DNA from: Selaginella moellendorffii
Lineage: Eukaryota; Plantae; Lycopodiophyta
Direction: 5' to 3'
Length of the DNA stretch: 64,000 bases
Assembly: GCF_000143415.4 (NCBI RefSeq)
Contig: NW_003314329.1
Coordinates: 633,774 to 697,773, forward strand
A program made the position numbers and the translations under genes. The notes beneath the pieces were generated by a model that was not told where the DNA came from, made no database searches, and saw nothing but the letters and a program-made list of their open reading frames with translations. Shown piece after piece: positions 62,684-64,000 of this stretch. How positions within the stretch are numbered: the stretch's first letter is position 1; each line of letters starts with the position of its first letter.

Positions 62684-64000
62684 TTATCAAATAAATTAAT
62701 CACAAAATTTTTTATATTTAAAATACTTTTCTCTATATTTCCCTCCTTCCAATAAAAATTTGTAAAATATGCACCAATAAATCCCTATGACTACAAAAAA
62801 CATGTGATAATTCATCACTTATCTTCTGTCTCACTACCTCAAAATTGTAACTTAACTATAGTGTGTTCATGTTCTTCAACTAAGCTTATCATATCCAATG
62901 TCTAAGAAACCAATTGGACTAATTTCAAATTGGTCAGTGATGAGGAATTAAGTCCATTAGCGCAGCCATAGAAACCAGCAGGCACATTGCAAATTAGCAG
63001 ATTTGGCATAGCTGAACTCAAGAATGCTGACCTTTGGCAATGACACCTTATGGACATGGCTCAACTAAACCTTTGTGAATCCCCTATCAAACTGTTAGAT
63101 AAATTTATAAGGAATGGCACTCATTCCTAAGCTATGCATAACCCATTGTCAAGAAGTGATGTGACATGGATAAGTCATTAATACAATAAATAGGCACTAA
63201 AATTCCAACTAATGGACACCCCCACTATGTGTGGGTGGATTTCTATGAGTGAAAAGCTACACTTTTTACAAATTGCATGCCATATAACATTGCTAATAAG
63301 CTACACTTTTCCTAAGGCTCCCTTCATGTCCCAAATGTGACTTTGGGTATCGAAAAATACATGTTAGCTAGTCTTTATAGACACTCTCTCTTTACTGCTA
63401 TAATGGCAAGAGGTCAGTACTATTGGTCCCCTTTGTAGTCTCTGCATAAGTTAGTTGGGAAACTAACTAATACATATGCACTTAGATTGAAAGGGTATTA
63501 AAGAAGGAAATCCTAAGTTATCATTAAGTCAAGCATATTTAACATAGTGATGAAAAACTCATACATTGGCTGTGGGGGTTCTAAATATATAGTAAGAATA
63601 GTGGGTAGGTTAGGCATGGCCAACCAATTTAAAGCATAATTTAGCTTCTCACATGCATGCCTATCTTTGTTATATATCTGGCTTGGGTCTAAGTTCAAAC
63701 TTTAGACGATGTTGAGCTGGTGGAATACCCATATCCTCATGTTAGGCCACTAGTATGCTGAAATAATACCAAACTCAATTTAACTTTATTTTACATGCTA
63801 GTCTTGGCATTAGGATGTTGAGATTGTTTTTATGTCACTCCATACTCCTATCCCTTCACTCCTTGGGCTACACACTTAAGAGTTATTCCATGTTTTAATT
63901 CTTTTGCTCCTTGGCCAAATACTCAAGAGTTTGGCTTTGTCCCTTTATTCAGTGGCCCAAGGCTTTGAGACTCAAGTTCCACTCCATTGCCCTTGACTCA

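Noticed and set aside
62700-64000. Possible further retroelement remnant
   Set aside because: Too degraded to support any call.

Overview
Repeat-saturated, heterochromatin-like land-plant nuclear DNA. The PPR-DYW remnant and element types suggest a seed-free plant such as a lycophyte, but that is inference. There is one assembly gap (462-716). Most of the window is nested transposons. (i) A non-autonomous LARD-like LTR family with ~1.3-1.9 kb LTRs (TGTGAGACAC...GTCGCTTACA) containing GAGTCC/GAGACC/GAGATG minisatellites; these create most of the long spurious ORFs. (ii) A related second LTR family. (iii) A near-complete Ty3/gypsy element and older gypsy fossils. (iv) An L1-type LINE split over ~30 kb. 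(v) Three Cassandra-type TRIMs with 5S-rRNA-derived LTRs. Also present are an orphan 18S rRNA fragment, a PPR-E/DYW pseudogene and an AT-rich bulb-lectin ORF with one stop. The most notable feature is two independent insertions (26906-33935 and 39952-52181, each with its own 8-bp TSD) of a Mutator-like DNA transposon. Divergent from its DDE/SWIM transposase it carries an intron-containing gene that fuses a ParB/Srx-like domain (IIDGNHR) to a beta-class N4C/N6A amino-methyltransferase fold. Between the two genes lies a tandem array of long palindromes whose core (TTGGTTCG-N3/4-CGAACCAA) recurs near both element ends. Both copies are decayed.
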